The notes beneath the pieces were generated by a model. It searched no databases. It saw only the letters and a list, made by a program, of their open reading frames with translations, and was not told the origin of the DNA. Below are positions 1-11,162 of a stretch of 32,000 bases of DNA, piece after piece (positions within the stretch are counted from its first letter, which is position 1; every line of letters starts with the position of its first letter). This DNA comes from Geobacter metallireducens GS-15. Its GTDB lineage: Bacteria; Desulfobacterota; Desulfuromonadia; Geobacterales; Geobacteraceae. The stretch lies in NCBI RefSeq assembly GCF_000012925.1, contig NC_007517.1, positions 2,700,001 through 2,732,000 on the forward strand, in the 5' to 3' direction. Made by a program: the position numbers and the translations under genes.

Positions 1-1248
<1,248 letters not shown>

Positions 1249-1271
1249 GAACATTTATACCAGGAGTAGAG

Positions 1272-2762
1272 CTATTCTCCCCGCTTTCTCCCAAAGAGCG
1301 TCGTCAATTCGTGGAGCCGTTCAGCATGCTTCTCCGCCAATGCCCCAGCAGTGAAGCGCCACGACCAGTTGCCGCGGGGGGTTCCCGGAAGGTTCATCCG
1401 GGCGGATCCATCGAGGCCGAGGATATCCTGAAGGGGGAAAATCGCCAGATCGGCTACCGACGCAAGGCCAAGCCGTACCAGTTCCCAGTGAATCTCCTTG
1501 CCGGAGGTACCCGTGTAGGCAAGGACACCCTTGCGGTTGTGAGGGGAAAGTGTTTTGAACCAGCCGACGGTGGTGTCATTATCGTGGGTACCGGTGTAGG
1601 TTACGCAGCCAGGGATGTAGTTGTGGGGGAGATAAGGATTCCCCGGGCCGGAATCGAAGGCGAACTGGAGGATTTTCATGCCGGGGAAACGATAACGGTC
1701 CCTGAGTTCCTCCACTTCCGGCGTGATCACTCCCAAATCCTCGGCGATGATGGGGAGTTGCCCCAGGGCACCGATGACGGCGTCGAAAAGGGGAGCCCCC
1801 GGCCCCTTGACCCATTGGCCGTTGACGGCGGTTTTTTCCTTGGCCGGCACCTCCCAGCATGCCTCGAAGCCCCGGAAGTGGTCGATTCGGACCATGTCGC
1901 ACAGGGCGAAACAGCTGCGGAACCGCTCGATCCACCAGCGATATCCCTCGGCGGCCATGGCGTCCCAGTTGTAGAGGGGGTTGCCCCACCGCTGACCGGT
2001 CTCACTGAAGTAGTCGGGGGGGACCCCGGCAACGACCGTAGGCTTTCCCTTCTCGTCCAGCTTGAAAAGATGGGGCGCGCTCCAGACGTCAGCCGAGTCA
2101 AAGGCGACAAAGATTGGGATGTCACCGACAATGCCGATCCCCTTGCCGTTGGCATACTCCCTGATATGGCGCCATTGACGGTAAAATTGCCACTGGGCGT
2201 ACTTCTGCTCTCCAATGGCCACACCGAGCCGAACCGAATACTTCTCCAGGGCCGCCGGCTCCCTGCGGGCGATCTCCTTGGGCCAGGAGGTCCAGCTCTT
2301 CCCCCCGAAATGCTCCTTGAGCGCCATGAAGAGGGCGTAGTCGTGGAGCCAAGGGGTTGTGTCGCAGAAATGCCAGTACTCCTCCTTCCGCTCACGGTCG
2401 CCAAAGGCGTAAAAATGGGCGGCCGCCGCCTTCAGCAGGGGAATTCTGTAATTTTCCGCCAGGGCGAAATCGACGTATTCCGCAGGGAACACGGGGACCG
2501 GCGCGCTTTCATCCAGGTCTCCCTCGTCCACAAGGGCAGCAAGATCAATAAGAAGCGGATTCCCCGCAAAGGCCGAATAGCATGAGTAGGGTGAGTTGCC
2601 GTAAGCGGCCGGACCGAGGGGGAGAATCTGCCAGAGGCTCTGGCCGGCGGCTTCAAGGAAATCGATAAAGTGTCTGCACTCTTTGCCGAGAGATCCAATC
2701 CCCCCCGGACCGGGAAGAGATGTGGGATGAAGGAGGATGCCGCTTTTTCGCCGATGATGCAT
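1272..2762 (-). CDS. malQ: 4-alpha-glucanotransferase (amylomaltase, GH77).
   Basis: 496-aa ORF. N-terminus is GILLHPTSLPGPGGIGSLG. GH77 catalytic-region motifs are present: VRIDHFRGF, IIAEDLGVITPEV and YTGTHDNDT. Confidence 0.9.
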   Translation of the reverse strand: MHHRRKSGILLHPTSLPGPGGIGSLGKECRHFIDFLEAAGQSLWQILPLGPAAYGNSPYSCYSAFAGNPLLIDLAALVDEGDLDESAPVPVFPAEYVDFALAENYRIPLLKAAAAHFYAFGDRERKEEYWHFCDTTPWLHDYALFMALKEHFGGKSWTSWPKEIARREPAALEKYSVRLGVAIGEQKYAQWQFYRQWRHIREYANGKGIGIVGDIPIFVAFDSADVWSAPHLFKLDEKGKPTVVAGVPPDYFSETGQRWGNPLYNWDAMAAEGYRWWIERFRSCFALCDMVRIDHFRGFEACWEVPAKEKTAVNGQWVKGPGAPLFDAVIGALGQLPIIAEDLGVITPEVEELRDRYRFPGMKILQFAFDSGPGNPYLPHNYIPGCVTYTGTHDNDTTVGWFKTLSPHNRKGVLAYTGTSGKEIHWELVRLGLASVADLAIFPLQDILGLDGSARMNLPGTPRGNWSWRFTAGALAEKHAERLHELTTLFGRKRGE

Positions 2763-2805
2763 TGGTACCTCTTTTCCGTTAAAAGCGTTGCCAACGGGGC
2801 TCTCA

Positions 2806-2817
2806 ATTATATACAGT
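2806..2817 (-). promoter_or_regulatory. Candidate malQ -10 region.
   Basis: Minus strand reads ACTGTATATAAT. It contains a perfect TATAAT (2811..2806) 44 nt upstream of the malQ ATG. No convincing -35 element. Confidence 0.3.
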
Positions 2818-2903
2818 AAACCTTGACAGAGTCGGGCAGGTAGTCCCGTGAGCCAGTTTCAGTCGGTGCATCGAAAAAATTTCCGTCAAGGAGCACCCCT
2901 ACC

Positions 2904-3068
2904 ATGGAAACCATCAAGACCGCCCTCTTCGAAACCCTGATGGAGAGTGCCGTACCCGACGGCGACAACGGCTATATCTTCACCCTGGAAGGAAAGACCT
3001 ACCGGATCAGGGACACCCTGGAGATATCCAAAATCGCCCAGGACCACGGCTACATCATAATTTACTGA
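2904..3068 (+). CDS. Hypothetical small protein (54 aa), below the ORF-track size cutoff.
   Basis: ATG at 2904 lies 10 nt after AAGGAG (2888..2893). Translation: [54 protein letters not shown], ending at TGA 3066..3068. Codons mostly end in G/C, like the surrounding genes. It fills an otherwise empty 300-bp gap. No family recognised. Confidence 0.35.
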   Translation: METIKTALFETLMESAVPDGDNGYIFTLEGKTYRIRDTLEISKIAQDHGYIIIY

Positions 3069-4921
3069 CGCTCCGCCAGACCGAGCAACCCATTGATCCG
3101 CTTTCCGTCAAGGGTTTCCTCCTCAATGAGGGCCTCTACGAGGATATCGAGCTTGTCCCGATTCCCAGTGATGATCTCTTCGGCTTTGGCCTCGGCCTCC
3201 TTGATGACGACAGCGATTTCCTGATCAATGAGCCACGCCATCTGCTCGGAAAAGGTCTTCTCCTCCGCCAGCTTGCGCCCGAGAAAGGGATGTTCCTCGC
3301 CGCGCCGGAAGGTCATGGCGCCGATCTTGTCGCTCATTCCCCACTGACAGACCATCTTCTCCGCCAGATCGTTCACCATCTTGAGATCGTTCTGGGCTCC
3401 CGTCGAGAGATCGCCGAAGACGAGCCGCTCTGCTACCCTCCCTCCAAGGGCCACGGAAAGCCGGTTCACGAGATACGTCTTCGAGTAGTGGTAGCGGTCG
3501 TCCTCGGGAAGCTGCTGCGTCACCCCCAGAGCCTGCCCCCGCGGGATGATCGTCACCTTGTGGACCGGATCGGTGCCGGGAAGCAGCTTGGCCACCAGCG
3601 TGTGGCCCGCTTCGTGGTAAGCGGTAATCCGCTTCTCCTGGTCGGTGATGTACATCTTCCGCTCCCCGCCCATGAGAACCTTGTCCTTGGCCCTTTCCAG
3701 GTGTTCCATGGTAACCGTGGAGGAATTCTCCCGCGCCGCCAGTATTGCTGCCTCGTTCACAAGGTTCTCCAGGTCCGCGCCGGTCATCCCCGGCGTCCCC
3801 CGGGCAATCACCGCCAGGGACACATCTTTGTCCATGGGAATCTTACGGGTATGGACCTGGAGTATCTTTTCCCGGTCCCGCCAGTCGGGCCGATCGATCA
3901 CCACGTGCCGGTCGAAGCGGCCTGGACGGAGCAACGCTGCATCGAGGACATCGGGGCGGTTGGTAGCCGCCATGACGATGACCTCATCATGGGGATCGAA
4001 GCCATCCATCTCCGAGAGAAGCTGATTCAGGGTCTGCTCCCGCTCGTCATGGCCTCCACCGAGGCCGGCTCCGCGACTCCGGCCAACGGCATCAATCTCG
4101 TCAATGAATATAATGCTCGGCGCCGACTTCTTGGCCGTGGCAAAGAGGTCCCGCACTCTCCCCGCCCCGACGCCAACAAACATCTCAATGAACTGAGATG
4201 CGGTGATACTGAGAAACGTCACGCCCGCCTCTCCGGCAACAGCCCGGGCAAGAAGCGTCTTCCCTGTTCCGGGAGGGCCGACCAGCAGAACCCCCTTCGG
4301 CACCTTTCCCCCAATCTGCTGAAACTTTTTCGGGTCCCGCAAGTAGTCGACAATCTCTCTCAACTCCAACTTGGCATTTTCCATGCCTGCCACGTCGTCG
4401 AACGTCACCCTGCTCTTTTCACCCGGGGTATACATCTGTGCCCCGGACTTGGCAAATCCCCCCATCATCGCGCCGGGGCTCTGCCCCCGCATCCCCCTCA
4501 TGGCGAGCCACCAGACACCAATGATGAGAATCCAGGGGAGCAGATAGAGAAGTCCGCTCAAGAGGGGTGAGACCTCAGTTGTAACAGCAGTAACATCCAC
4601 CTTCTTGCTTTGTAAATCGGCCATGAGGCTTGGGTCCTCAATGGCTGGCTTTATTGTAGTAAACTGGGTGATGTCCCGAACAACCGGTTTTCCGGAAGCC
4701 GAATCGGTCAGCGGTACCTTGTTCCTGAACTCTCCGCTGATCGAATTGCCCTTAAGGCTAATCTTCTTGATGTTGTCAGCGGCCAATTCATCCTTGAAAC
4801 GACTATACGAAATGGAAACCCCACCCTCGGCAGTCTGCCGGGCGAAGTATCCATAGACAAAGTTGAATACAATAATGAGTACAAATACCAATATCAGTGG
4901 TTTCCAGACAGACTGCCCCAT
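3062..4921 (-). CDS. ftsH: ATP-dependent zinc metalloprotease FtsH.
   Basis: 619-aa ORF with two N-terminal TM segments. Motifs: Walker A GPPGTGKT, Walker B IIFIDEID, second region of homology [19 protein letters not shown], zinc site HEAGH. SD AAGGAG lies 5 nt upstream of the ATG. Confidence 0.95.
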   Translation of the reverse strand: MGQSVWKPLILVFVLIIVFNFVYGYFARQTAEGGVSISYSRFKDELAADNIKKISLKGNSISGEFRNKVPLTDSASGKPVVRDITQFTTIKPAIEDPSLMADLQSKKVDVTAVTTEVSPLLSGLLYLLPWILIIGVWWLAMRGMRGQSPGAMMGGFAKSGAQMYTPGEKSRVTFDDVAGMENAKLELREIVDYLRDPKKFQQIGGKVPKGVLLVGPPGTGKTLLARAVAGEAGVTFLSITASQFIEMFVGVGAGRVRDLFATAKKSAPSIIFIDEIDAVGRSRGAGLGGGHDEREQTLNQLLSEMDGFDPHDEVIVMAATNRPDVLDAALLRPGRFDRHVVIDRPDWRDREKILQVHTRKIPMDKDVSLAVIARGTPGMTGADLENLVNEAAILAARENSSTVTMEHLERAKDKVLMGGERKMYITDQEKRITAYHEAGHTLVAKLLPGTDPVHKVTIIPRGQALGVTQQLPEDDRYHYSKTYLVNRLSVALGGRVAERLVFGDLSTGAQNDLKMVNDLAEKMVCQWGMSDKIGAMTFRRGEEHPFLGRKLAEEKTFSEQMAWLIDQEIAVVIKEAEAKAEEIITGNRDKLDILVEALIEEETLDGKRINGLLGLAERQ

Positions 4922-4969
4922 GGGTGACTCCTTGACGCCGAAACTCGATTCTCGGTCAAGTTTCAGCAG

Positions 4970-4978
4970 ATCATATCA
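4970..4978 (-). promoter_or_regulatory. Candidate extended -10 promoter for ftsH.
   Basis: Minus strand reads TGaTATGAT (TG-n-TATGAT), about 49 nt upstream of the ftsH ATG. Motif match only. Confidence 0.3.
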
Positions 4979-5026
4979 TTGCAATGTCAGTAAAGTGGTA
5001 ACACACACTCCTTGATTTGCAAGGCA

Positions 5027-5956
5027 TTACGGGCAATTAGCACCAATGGAGAAGCGACCGAGGCCGAACGCTGCGCCTTTACCCACATTAAGGAACTCGC
5101 CTAAGAGCAAAAACGGGATAAATTCCTCGGGCACGCTGCTCAATACCGCCTCTCCGGTCAATCCGGCGAGTTTTCTCCCCTGTTTGCCCCCACCCCATTC
5201 AACCCACTGAATCGAACTGCCCGATACGGTAACCGTCTCACAGAGGGACGCCAACCACCTAAAGTCCACCAAAATCTCGTCGTCGCAGTAATAGGAAGCA
5301 AGGGATGAAATTCGTCGTATGAGGGTGCGCATCAAAAGGGGGAAAGAAAAGGTACGACTCGGCCTGCCATCCTGCATAATCTTCAGTGGCGTGAGCAGTC
5401 GGAGGGTCACGTCGCCCGAAACGTCCACCCAACGCGTGTCACAGAGCCCCTCGGACGTCAGGAGGGTGAGGGATTCTGCAAACCCGGCCGAGTGATCTGC
5501 CGCATAAATAAGGTAAGGCTCCCCACGATAGCCTAGGGATTCGACACGCTCCACGATAGCAGCCAATTCGTCTCTCTGGTCGTGTTTGGAGCAAAGAAGC
5601 TTAAGAGAATCCAGAAACTCAGTAACGAAACGTGTCGCCGTTCCCAGGAGAGCAAGACGGATCTCGAACAGAGTGTCTGATTTCTGCTGACTGGGAATTA
5701 CCGGAAATGAGAATGCAAAGGGAAGAGGGGGTTTCTGATGTCTCTTGACCGTCGCCGGATCTGAACTCAGGGCTTGGGCAAAGACGATTCGATACGGGCA
5801 CTCATTACGGCGGTTGCACAGAACACATTCCTCCTCCGCGCAACCCACCACCCGCCGGAACGATCTCTGAAATCCATCACGAATGCGAAACAAAAGATAC
5901 GGGTCAGATATGTCCTCGGCCAGACGGATCGTTATCCGCAGAACTGCAATGGTCAT
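5027..5956 (-). CDS. Cas6 / RAMP-superfamily-like protein (resembles the COG5551 / DUF2276-type Cas6 group). Orphan: no CRISPR array or other cas genes in the window.
   Basis: 309-aa ORF. The N-terminus looks like a beta-alpha unit (IAVLRITIRL...LLFRIRDGFQRSFRRVV). This is followed by a Cys cluster, GCAEEECVLCNRRNECPYRIVF (C-x4-C-x2-C-x5-C-P-Y). A second-domain segment reads VTLRLLTPLKIMQDGRPSRTFSFPLLMRTLIRRISSL. A RAMP-type glycine-rich loop, VGKGAAFGLGRFSI, lies 8 residues from the C-terminus. SD GGGGAG is 5 nt upstream of ATG 5956. Assignment is by eye only. Confidence 0.55.
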   Translation of the reverse strand: MTIAVLRITIRLAEDISDPYLLFRIRDGFQRSFRRVVGCAEEECVLCNRRNECPYRIVFAQALSSDPATVKRHQKPPLPFAFSFPVIPSQQKSDTLFEIRLALLGTATRFVTEFLDSLKLLCSKHDQRDELAAIVERVESLGYRGEPYLIYAADHSAGFAESLTLLTSEGLCDTRWVDVSGDVTLRLLTPLKIMQDGRPSRTFSFPLLMRTLIRRISSLASYYCDDEILVDFRWLASLCETVTVSGSSIQWVEWGGGKQGRKLAGLTGEAVLSSVPEEFIPFLLLGEFLNVGKGAAFGLGRFSIGANCP

Positions 5957-5971
5957 ACTTACTCCCCTATC

Positions 5972-6007
5972 AAAAAAAAATGGGGCGGATCGTTAAATCC
6001 GCCCCAT
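5972..6007 (-). terminator. Rho-independent terminator of frdCAB.
   Basis: Minus strand: 11-bp perfect stem ATGGGGCGGAT / ATCCGCCCCAT (6007..5997 and 5990..5980), loop TTAACG, then a run of 9 T (5980..5972). A smaller hairpin CCGTGC-aatg-GCACGG (6027..6012) precedes it. Confidence 0.8.
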
Positions 6008-6050
6008 CGCTCCGTGCCATTGCACGGCTTCATAATGAGTCAGGGCATCG

Positions 6051-6806
6051 CTAGAAGAGGGACTTCAGGTATTCCCTATTCAAGGTCGCGATGAATTTGA
6101 CATTGATACCCTTCGGGCAGGCAGCCTGACACTCATAGTGGTTGGTGCAGTTGCCGAAGCCACACTCCTGAAGGGCGCCCGTCATTTCCTGAACACGACG
6201 TTTCGCCTCGGCCTTGCCTTGGGGAAGGACCGCCAGTTGGGAAACCTTGGCAGAGGTAAAGAGCATGGCCGAACCGTTGGGGCAGCCTGCCACGCACGCC
6301 CCGCAACCGATGCACTCGGCAGCGTCCATGGCGTAGTCAGCGATATCCTTGGGAACTAGAAGAGCGTTGCCGTCGGCAACGCCACCGGTATGGGCAGAGG
6401 TGTAGCCACCAGCCTGGATGATCGTATCAAGGGCAGCACGGTCGACGACCAGATCCTTCACAATCGGGAATGCCCGGGCACGCCACGGCTCAATGTAAAT
6501 GGTGTCGCCATCTTTGAACATCCGCATATGGAGTTGGCAGACGGTGGTGCGGTCCTGACCGCCGTGGGGAGCGCCATTGATGACCTGCGAGCACATGCCG
6601 CAAATACCTTCACGGCAGTCGTGGTCAAAGGCGATGGGGTCCTTGCCCGCCTTGATGAGATCTTCGTTCACCTCGTCGAGCATCTCAAGGAACGACTGAT
6701 CAGGGCTGACATTCTTGGCCTCGTAGACCTCGAACTTTCCCGGATCTTTTGGGCCATTCTGGCGCCAAACATGGAGAGTAAGATTCATGGTATTATCGTG
6801 GCTCAT
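6051..6806 (-). CDS. frdB: Fumarate reductase / succinate dehydrogenase iron-sulfur subunit.
   Basis: 251 aa with three Cys clusters: CREGICGMC (2Fe-2S), [12 protein letters not shown] (4Fe-4S) and [15 protein letters not shown] (3Fe-4S). The start overlaps the frdA stop by 1 nt (TAATG). Confidence 0.9.
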   Translation of the reverse strand: MSHDNTMNLTLHVWRQNGPKDPGKFEVYEAKNVSPDQSFLEMLDEVNEDLIKAGKDPIAFDHDCREGICGMCSQVINGAPHGGQDRTTVCQLHMRMFKDGDTIYIEPWRARAFPIVKDLVVDRAALDTIIQAGGYTSAHTGGVADGNALLVPKDIADYAMDAAECIGCGACVAGCPNGSAMLFTSAKVSQLAVLPQGKAEAKRRVQEMTGALQECGFGNCTNHYECQAACPKGINVKFIATLNREYLKSLF

Positions 6807-8719
6807 TATTTGTAGCTCCTTATCGCCAGATGGACGTTTTCAAACTTCAGAGGTTCGATGTGGAGTTCAGGCTCTGCATTAGCCCCTTTGAACTCCCATG
6901 CAGCAGCGTGGCAGAAGTTTTCGTCGTCGCGCTTTGCTTCGCCGTCAGGCATCTGGTGCTCGACCCGGAAGTGACCACCACAGGACTCGTTACGGTAGAG
7001 GGCGTCGCGGGTCAGAAGCTCCCCGAATTCAAGGAAGTCAGCTACGCGACCGGCGTTCTCCAGGTCCTGGTTGAACTGGGCGCCAGAACCGCTGACCTTG
7101 ACGTTCTTCCAGAATTCTTCACGAAGTGCGGGGATCTTCTTGAGGGCTTCCTTGCAGCTCTGCTCGCTGCGGGCCATGCCGACGTTCTCCCACATGATCC
7201 TGCCCAGCTCGCGGTGGAATTCGCTGACAGTCTTCTTCCCGTTGATCGACATGAGCTTCTTCAAGTTGTTATTTACATCGTCAACCGACTTCTTGCACTC
7301 GGGGTTATCGGCCTTGACCTTGCCCGGAGCCGTCTTGGCCAGATAGTTGGCGATGGTGTAGGGAATGACGAAGTAACCGTCGGCAAGACCCTGCATGAGG
7401 GCGCTGGCGCCAAGACGGTTCGCCCCGTGAACCGAGAAGTTTGCCTCGCCCAGAACGAAGAGACCGGGAACGTTGCTCTCGCAGTTGTAGTCAACCCAGA
7501 GACCACCCATTGAATAGTGGGGTGCCGGGTAGATACGCATCGGCACCTTGTAGCCATTCTCGTCGGTGATCTTCTCGTACATCTCGAAGAGGTTGCCGTA
7601 CCGCTCGCGGATCGTGTCTTCACCGAGGCGCTTGATGGAAGCGGCGAAGTCAAGATAAACACCGCGACCACCCGGTCCAACGCCACGATCGTCGTCGCAC
7701 TGCTCCTTAGCGGCGCGGGAGGCGATGTCACGGGGAGCCAGGTTACCGAAGCTCGGGTACTTCCGCTCGAGGTAATAGTCACGCTCTTCCTCGGGAATCT
7801 CCCCCGGCGCGCGCTTGTCGCCCTTCTTCTTGGGAGCCCAGCAACGGCCGTCGTTACGGAGCGACTCTGACATGAGAGTCAGCTTGGACTGCTTGTCACC
7901 ATGCTGCGGAATACAGGTCGGGTGAATCTGTGTGTAGCAGGGGTTGGCAAAGAAGGCGCCTTTCCGGTGGGCCTTCCAGGCGGCGGTAACGCTGCACCCC
8001 ATGGCGTTGGTGGAGAGGTAGAAGACGTTCACGTAGCCGCCGGTGCAGAGCACAACCGCGTCACCCACGTGGCTACGAATCTCGCCGGTAACCAGGTCAC
8101 GGACTGTGATCCCCTTGGCCTCACCGTCAACAACGATCAGGTCAAGCATCTCGGTGCGGGGGAACATCTTGACGGTCCCTGCCTTGATCTGGCGGGCAAG
8201 GGCCGAGTAGGCGCCGAGCAGGAGCTGCTGCCCCGTTTGCCCCCGGGCGTAGAACGTACGGGAAACCTGGGCGCCGCCGAAGGAGCGGTTGTCCAGATAG
8301 CCGGCGTAGTCACGGGCAAAGGGAACACCTTGGGCCACGCACTGGTCGATGATGTTGTTGGAAACCTGGGCCAGACGCCAGACGTCGGCCTCGCGGGCAC
8401 GGAAGTCGCCCCCCTTGATGGTGTCGTAGAAGAGACGGTAGATGCTGTCACCGTCGTTCGGGTAGTTCTTGGCGGCGTTGATCCCCCCTTGGGCAGCGAT
8501 GGAGTGGGCGCGGCGGGGGCTATCCTGGTAGCAGAAAGCCTCGACATTGTAGCCGAGTTCACCGAGGGACGCGGCAGCGGCGCCGCCGGCAAGGCCGGTC
8601 CCAACGACAAGGATCTTGTACTTACGCTTGTTGGAGGGGTTAACCAGCTTCATGTCGAAGCGGTGCTTGTCCCATGTTTTCTCAATTGGTCCAGTCGGAC
8701 ATTTTCCGTCGAGTATCAC
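6806..8719 (-). CDS. frdA: Fumarate reductase / succinate dehydrogenase flavoprotein subunit.
   Basis: 637 aa. N-terminal FAD fold [19 protein letters not shown], the [11 protein letters not shown] region and the HYSMGG motif. GTG start at 8719 lies 5 nt after AGGGGG. Confidence 0.95.
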   Translation of the reverse strand: MILDGKCPTGPIEKTWDKHRFDMKLVNPSNKRKYKILVVGTGLAGGAAAASLGELGYNVEAFCYQDSPRRAHSIAAQGGINAAKNYPNDGDSIYRLFYDTIKGGDFRAREADVWRLAQVSNNIIDQCVAQGVPFARDYAGYLDNRSFGGAQVSRTFYARGQTGQQLLLGAYSALARQIKAGTVKMFPRTEMLDLIVVDGEAKGITVRDLVTGEIRSHVGDAVVLCTGGYVNVFYLSTNAMGCSVTAAWKAHRKGAFFANPCYTQIHPTCIPQHGDKQSKLTLMSESLRNDGRCWAPKKKGDKRAPGEIPEEERDYYLERKYPSFGNLAPRDIASRAAKEQCDDDRGVGPGGRGVYLDFAASIKRLGEDTIRERYGNLFEMYEKITDENGYKVPMRIYPAPHYSMGGLWVDYNCESNVPGLFVLGEANFSVHGANRLGASALMQGLADGYFVIPYTIANYLAKTAPGKVKADNPECKKSVDDVNNNLKKLMSINGKKTVSEFHRELGRIMWENVGMARSEQSCKEALKKIPALREEFWKNVKVSGSGAQFNQDLENAGRVADFLEFGELLTRDALYRNESCGGHFRVEHQMPDGEAKRDDENFCHAAAWEFKGANAEPELHIEPLKFENVHLAIRSYK

Positions 8720-8728
8720 TTGAACCCC

Positions 8729-9391
8729 CTAACCTTTCAGAATGCCGGTAACGATGACAAAAGGAATGGACGCATAGCCGAGGAGAAACACAACCGCAGC
8801 GACCTTACCAATCGTGGAGAAAACCGGGCGAGATTTGTGATTGTTCCATCCCATCGTCTGGAAGAAGCTCTGGATGCCGTGGGAGAGATGAAGGAACAGC
8901 ACCACCATCGCGGCGATATAGAGAACTGCGATGATGCCGTGGGAGAAGCTGTTGGTCACCATGCCAAAGACATCGACACGACCGAGAGCGTCTACTCCAA
9001 CCTTTATATCGGGAGTAGCACGTACAGTGAATTGGAGGAGATGGTAAAGAATGAATGCCAACAGAAGAAGCCCGGTGTAGAGCATACTTGTGCTCGACAG
9101 GGTAGCCTCCTTGAGATTCTTGACCGCGTATGTGTCGGGGTTGGCGGCACGGTTTTCAAGGCTCAACTGGACGCCGAAGAAAATATGGATGATCGCCACA
9201 CAGAGTATAACAAGGCGAAAACCCCAGACCAGGGGGGGAAGTGCGTGGAGGTGCTCGGCATATGCGTTGATGCCGCCCGGAATGAAGATGGAGGAGTTAC
9301 CAAGCAGATGGACGATAATAAACAGCACCAGAAACTGGCCGGTGATCGCCATCAGAACTTTTCTTCCAACAGTACTTGTGAACAGTTGCAT
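8729..9391 (-). CDS. frdC: Fumarate reductase / succinate dehydrogenase dihaem cytochrome b membrane subunit (type B, frdCAB order).
   Basis: Multi-TM protein with conserved His-containing helices (FIIVHLLGN, YAEHLHALP, YHLLQF, FLHLSHGIQ). I prefer ATG 9391 (MQLFTSTVGRKVLMAITG, AGGGA-type SD about 8 nt upstream) over the track's upstream start at 9472. The 5' end is uncertain. Confidence 0.8.
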   Translation of the reverse strand: MQLFTSTVGRKVLMAITGQFLVLFIIVHLLGNSSIFIPGGINAYAEHLHALPPLVWGFRLVILCVAIIHIFFGVQLSLENRAANPDTYAVKNLKEATLSSTSMLYTGLLLLAFILYHLLQFTVRATPDIKVGVDALGRVDVFGMVTNSFSHGIIAVLYIAAMVVLFLHLSHGIQSFFQTMGWNNHKSRPVFSTIGKVAAVVFLLGYASIPFVIVTGILKG

Positions 9392-9571
9392 AATGATTTC
9401 CCTTTGCGCGTATTCGTTGTTTAGAATTCGAAACATCGCCACCTGAAATCTCAACTTTAACGAAAGACTCAAGCGGCCTTACGGAGAAAACCTTTGAACC
9501 GGTTGCGGAGGCGCCCGCCATTCCTTACAATTGTCCATAGTTCCCCCCTGCAAGGATTTATAGTGAATCAC

Positions 9572-9633
9572 AACATTGAGAACCATCAGAACAATGTTAA
9601 TAATTATTAATTTTTTTCTGTATACTGTATACT
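9572..9633. promoter_or_regulatory. Cluster of symmetric and repeated AT-rich elements in the frdC/tgt divergent control region.
   Basis: Read directly from the sequence. Inverted repeat AACATTG (9572..9578) - N13 - CAATGTT (9592..9598). 14-bp perfect palindrome TTAATAATTATTAA (9597..9610). T7 run. Tandem CTGTATA x2 (9618..9631, continuing CT), which contains two TATACT -10-like hexamers (9621..9626 and 9628..9633). Function unknown. Confidence 0.4.
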
Positions 9634-9879
9634 AAACGCTGTTTTAGGAAAAAGCAATAAAAAAGTAGCTCTAAAGGGGACGCGAATGCTTCTCCCGCCT
9701 GAGATTGGAACGGCTTACAGAGATCTGAGCTGCTGGGAAGAAAGCATGATATCTGCATTCAAAGGGCCGGGACGGGATGGTCTATTCGTACGTAACCCAG
9801 CAACGAATCAGAGAATTTCACGGTACAACGCGGCATTGGCCATTTGCCAAAGCGCGGTTGCTTTTTAGTGCCTGTTCTG

Positions 9880-9909
9880 TTAACAATGCTGGCCAACCAT
9901 GCAGATAAA
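9880..9909 (+). promoter_or_regulatory. Candidate tgt promoter.
   Basis: TTAACA (9880..9885), an 18-nt spacer, then GATAAA (9904..9909), about 67 nt upstream of the tgt ATG. Motif match only. Confidence 0.25.
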
Positions 9910-9936
9910 AACAGGTCTCAACTGAGTAACCATTAA

Positions 9937-11082
<1,146 letters not shown>

Positions 11083-11107
11083 AGAAGAGGTTTACATTTC
11101 AGCAATC

Positions 11108-11135
11108 AACGGGGCATCCAGGCGGATGCCCCGTT
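11108..11135 (+). terminator. Hairpin after tgt: a terminator or attenuator with a weak U-tract.
   Basis: 12-bp perfect stem AACGGGGCATCC / GGATGCCCCGTT with loop AGGC, followed by ACGTTT. It lies 26 nt after the tgt stop and 28 nt before the mazG ATG. Confidence 0.5.
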
Positions 11136-11162
11136 ACGTTTCACGGACGGGAGAGAGTCGCC

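Noticed and set aside
1311-4570. Long plus-strand ORFs (1311..2585 and 3290..4570) and nested minus-strand ORFs inside malQ and ftsH.
   Set aside because: They are antisense or out of frame relative to genes with clear catalytic motifs, and they have no independent support.
4922-6050. Search for a CRISPR repeat-spacer array or other repeats next to the Cas6-like gene.
   Set aside because: Only a 9-nt repeat (ACTCCTTGA at 4927 and 5007) was found, and it is just SD-like sequence. There are no periodic 25-40-nt repeats here or elsewhere in the window.
7901-9424. 507-aa plus-strand ORF spanning the frdA/frdC region.
   Set aside because: It is antisense to two strongly supported genes and crosses their intergenic junction. 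Its Gly/Ala/Val/Arg-rich low-complexity translation is typical of shadow ORFs in GC-rich DNA. No SD and no recognisable motifs.
9618-9633. CTGTATACTGTATACT, and the ACTGTATATAA 11-mers, interpreted as E. coli-type LexA SOS boxes.
   Set aside because: The required CTGT-N8-ACAG symmetry is absent, since only half-site-like sequence is present. The LexA motif reported for Geobacter is also of a different type.
9686-9868. 60-aa plus-strand ORF in the frdC/tgt spacer as a confident CDS.
   Set aside because: Its codons overwhelmingly end in A/T, unlike all confident genes in the window, and no family is recognised. It is kept only as a question inside the spacer finding.
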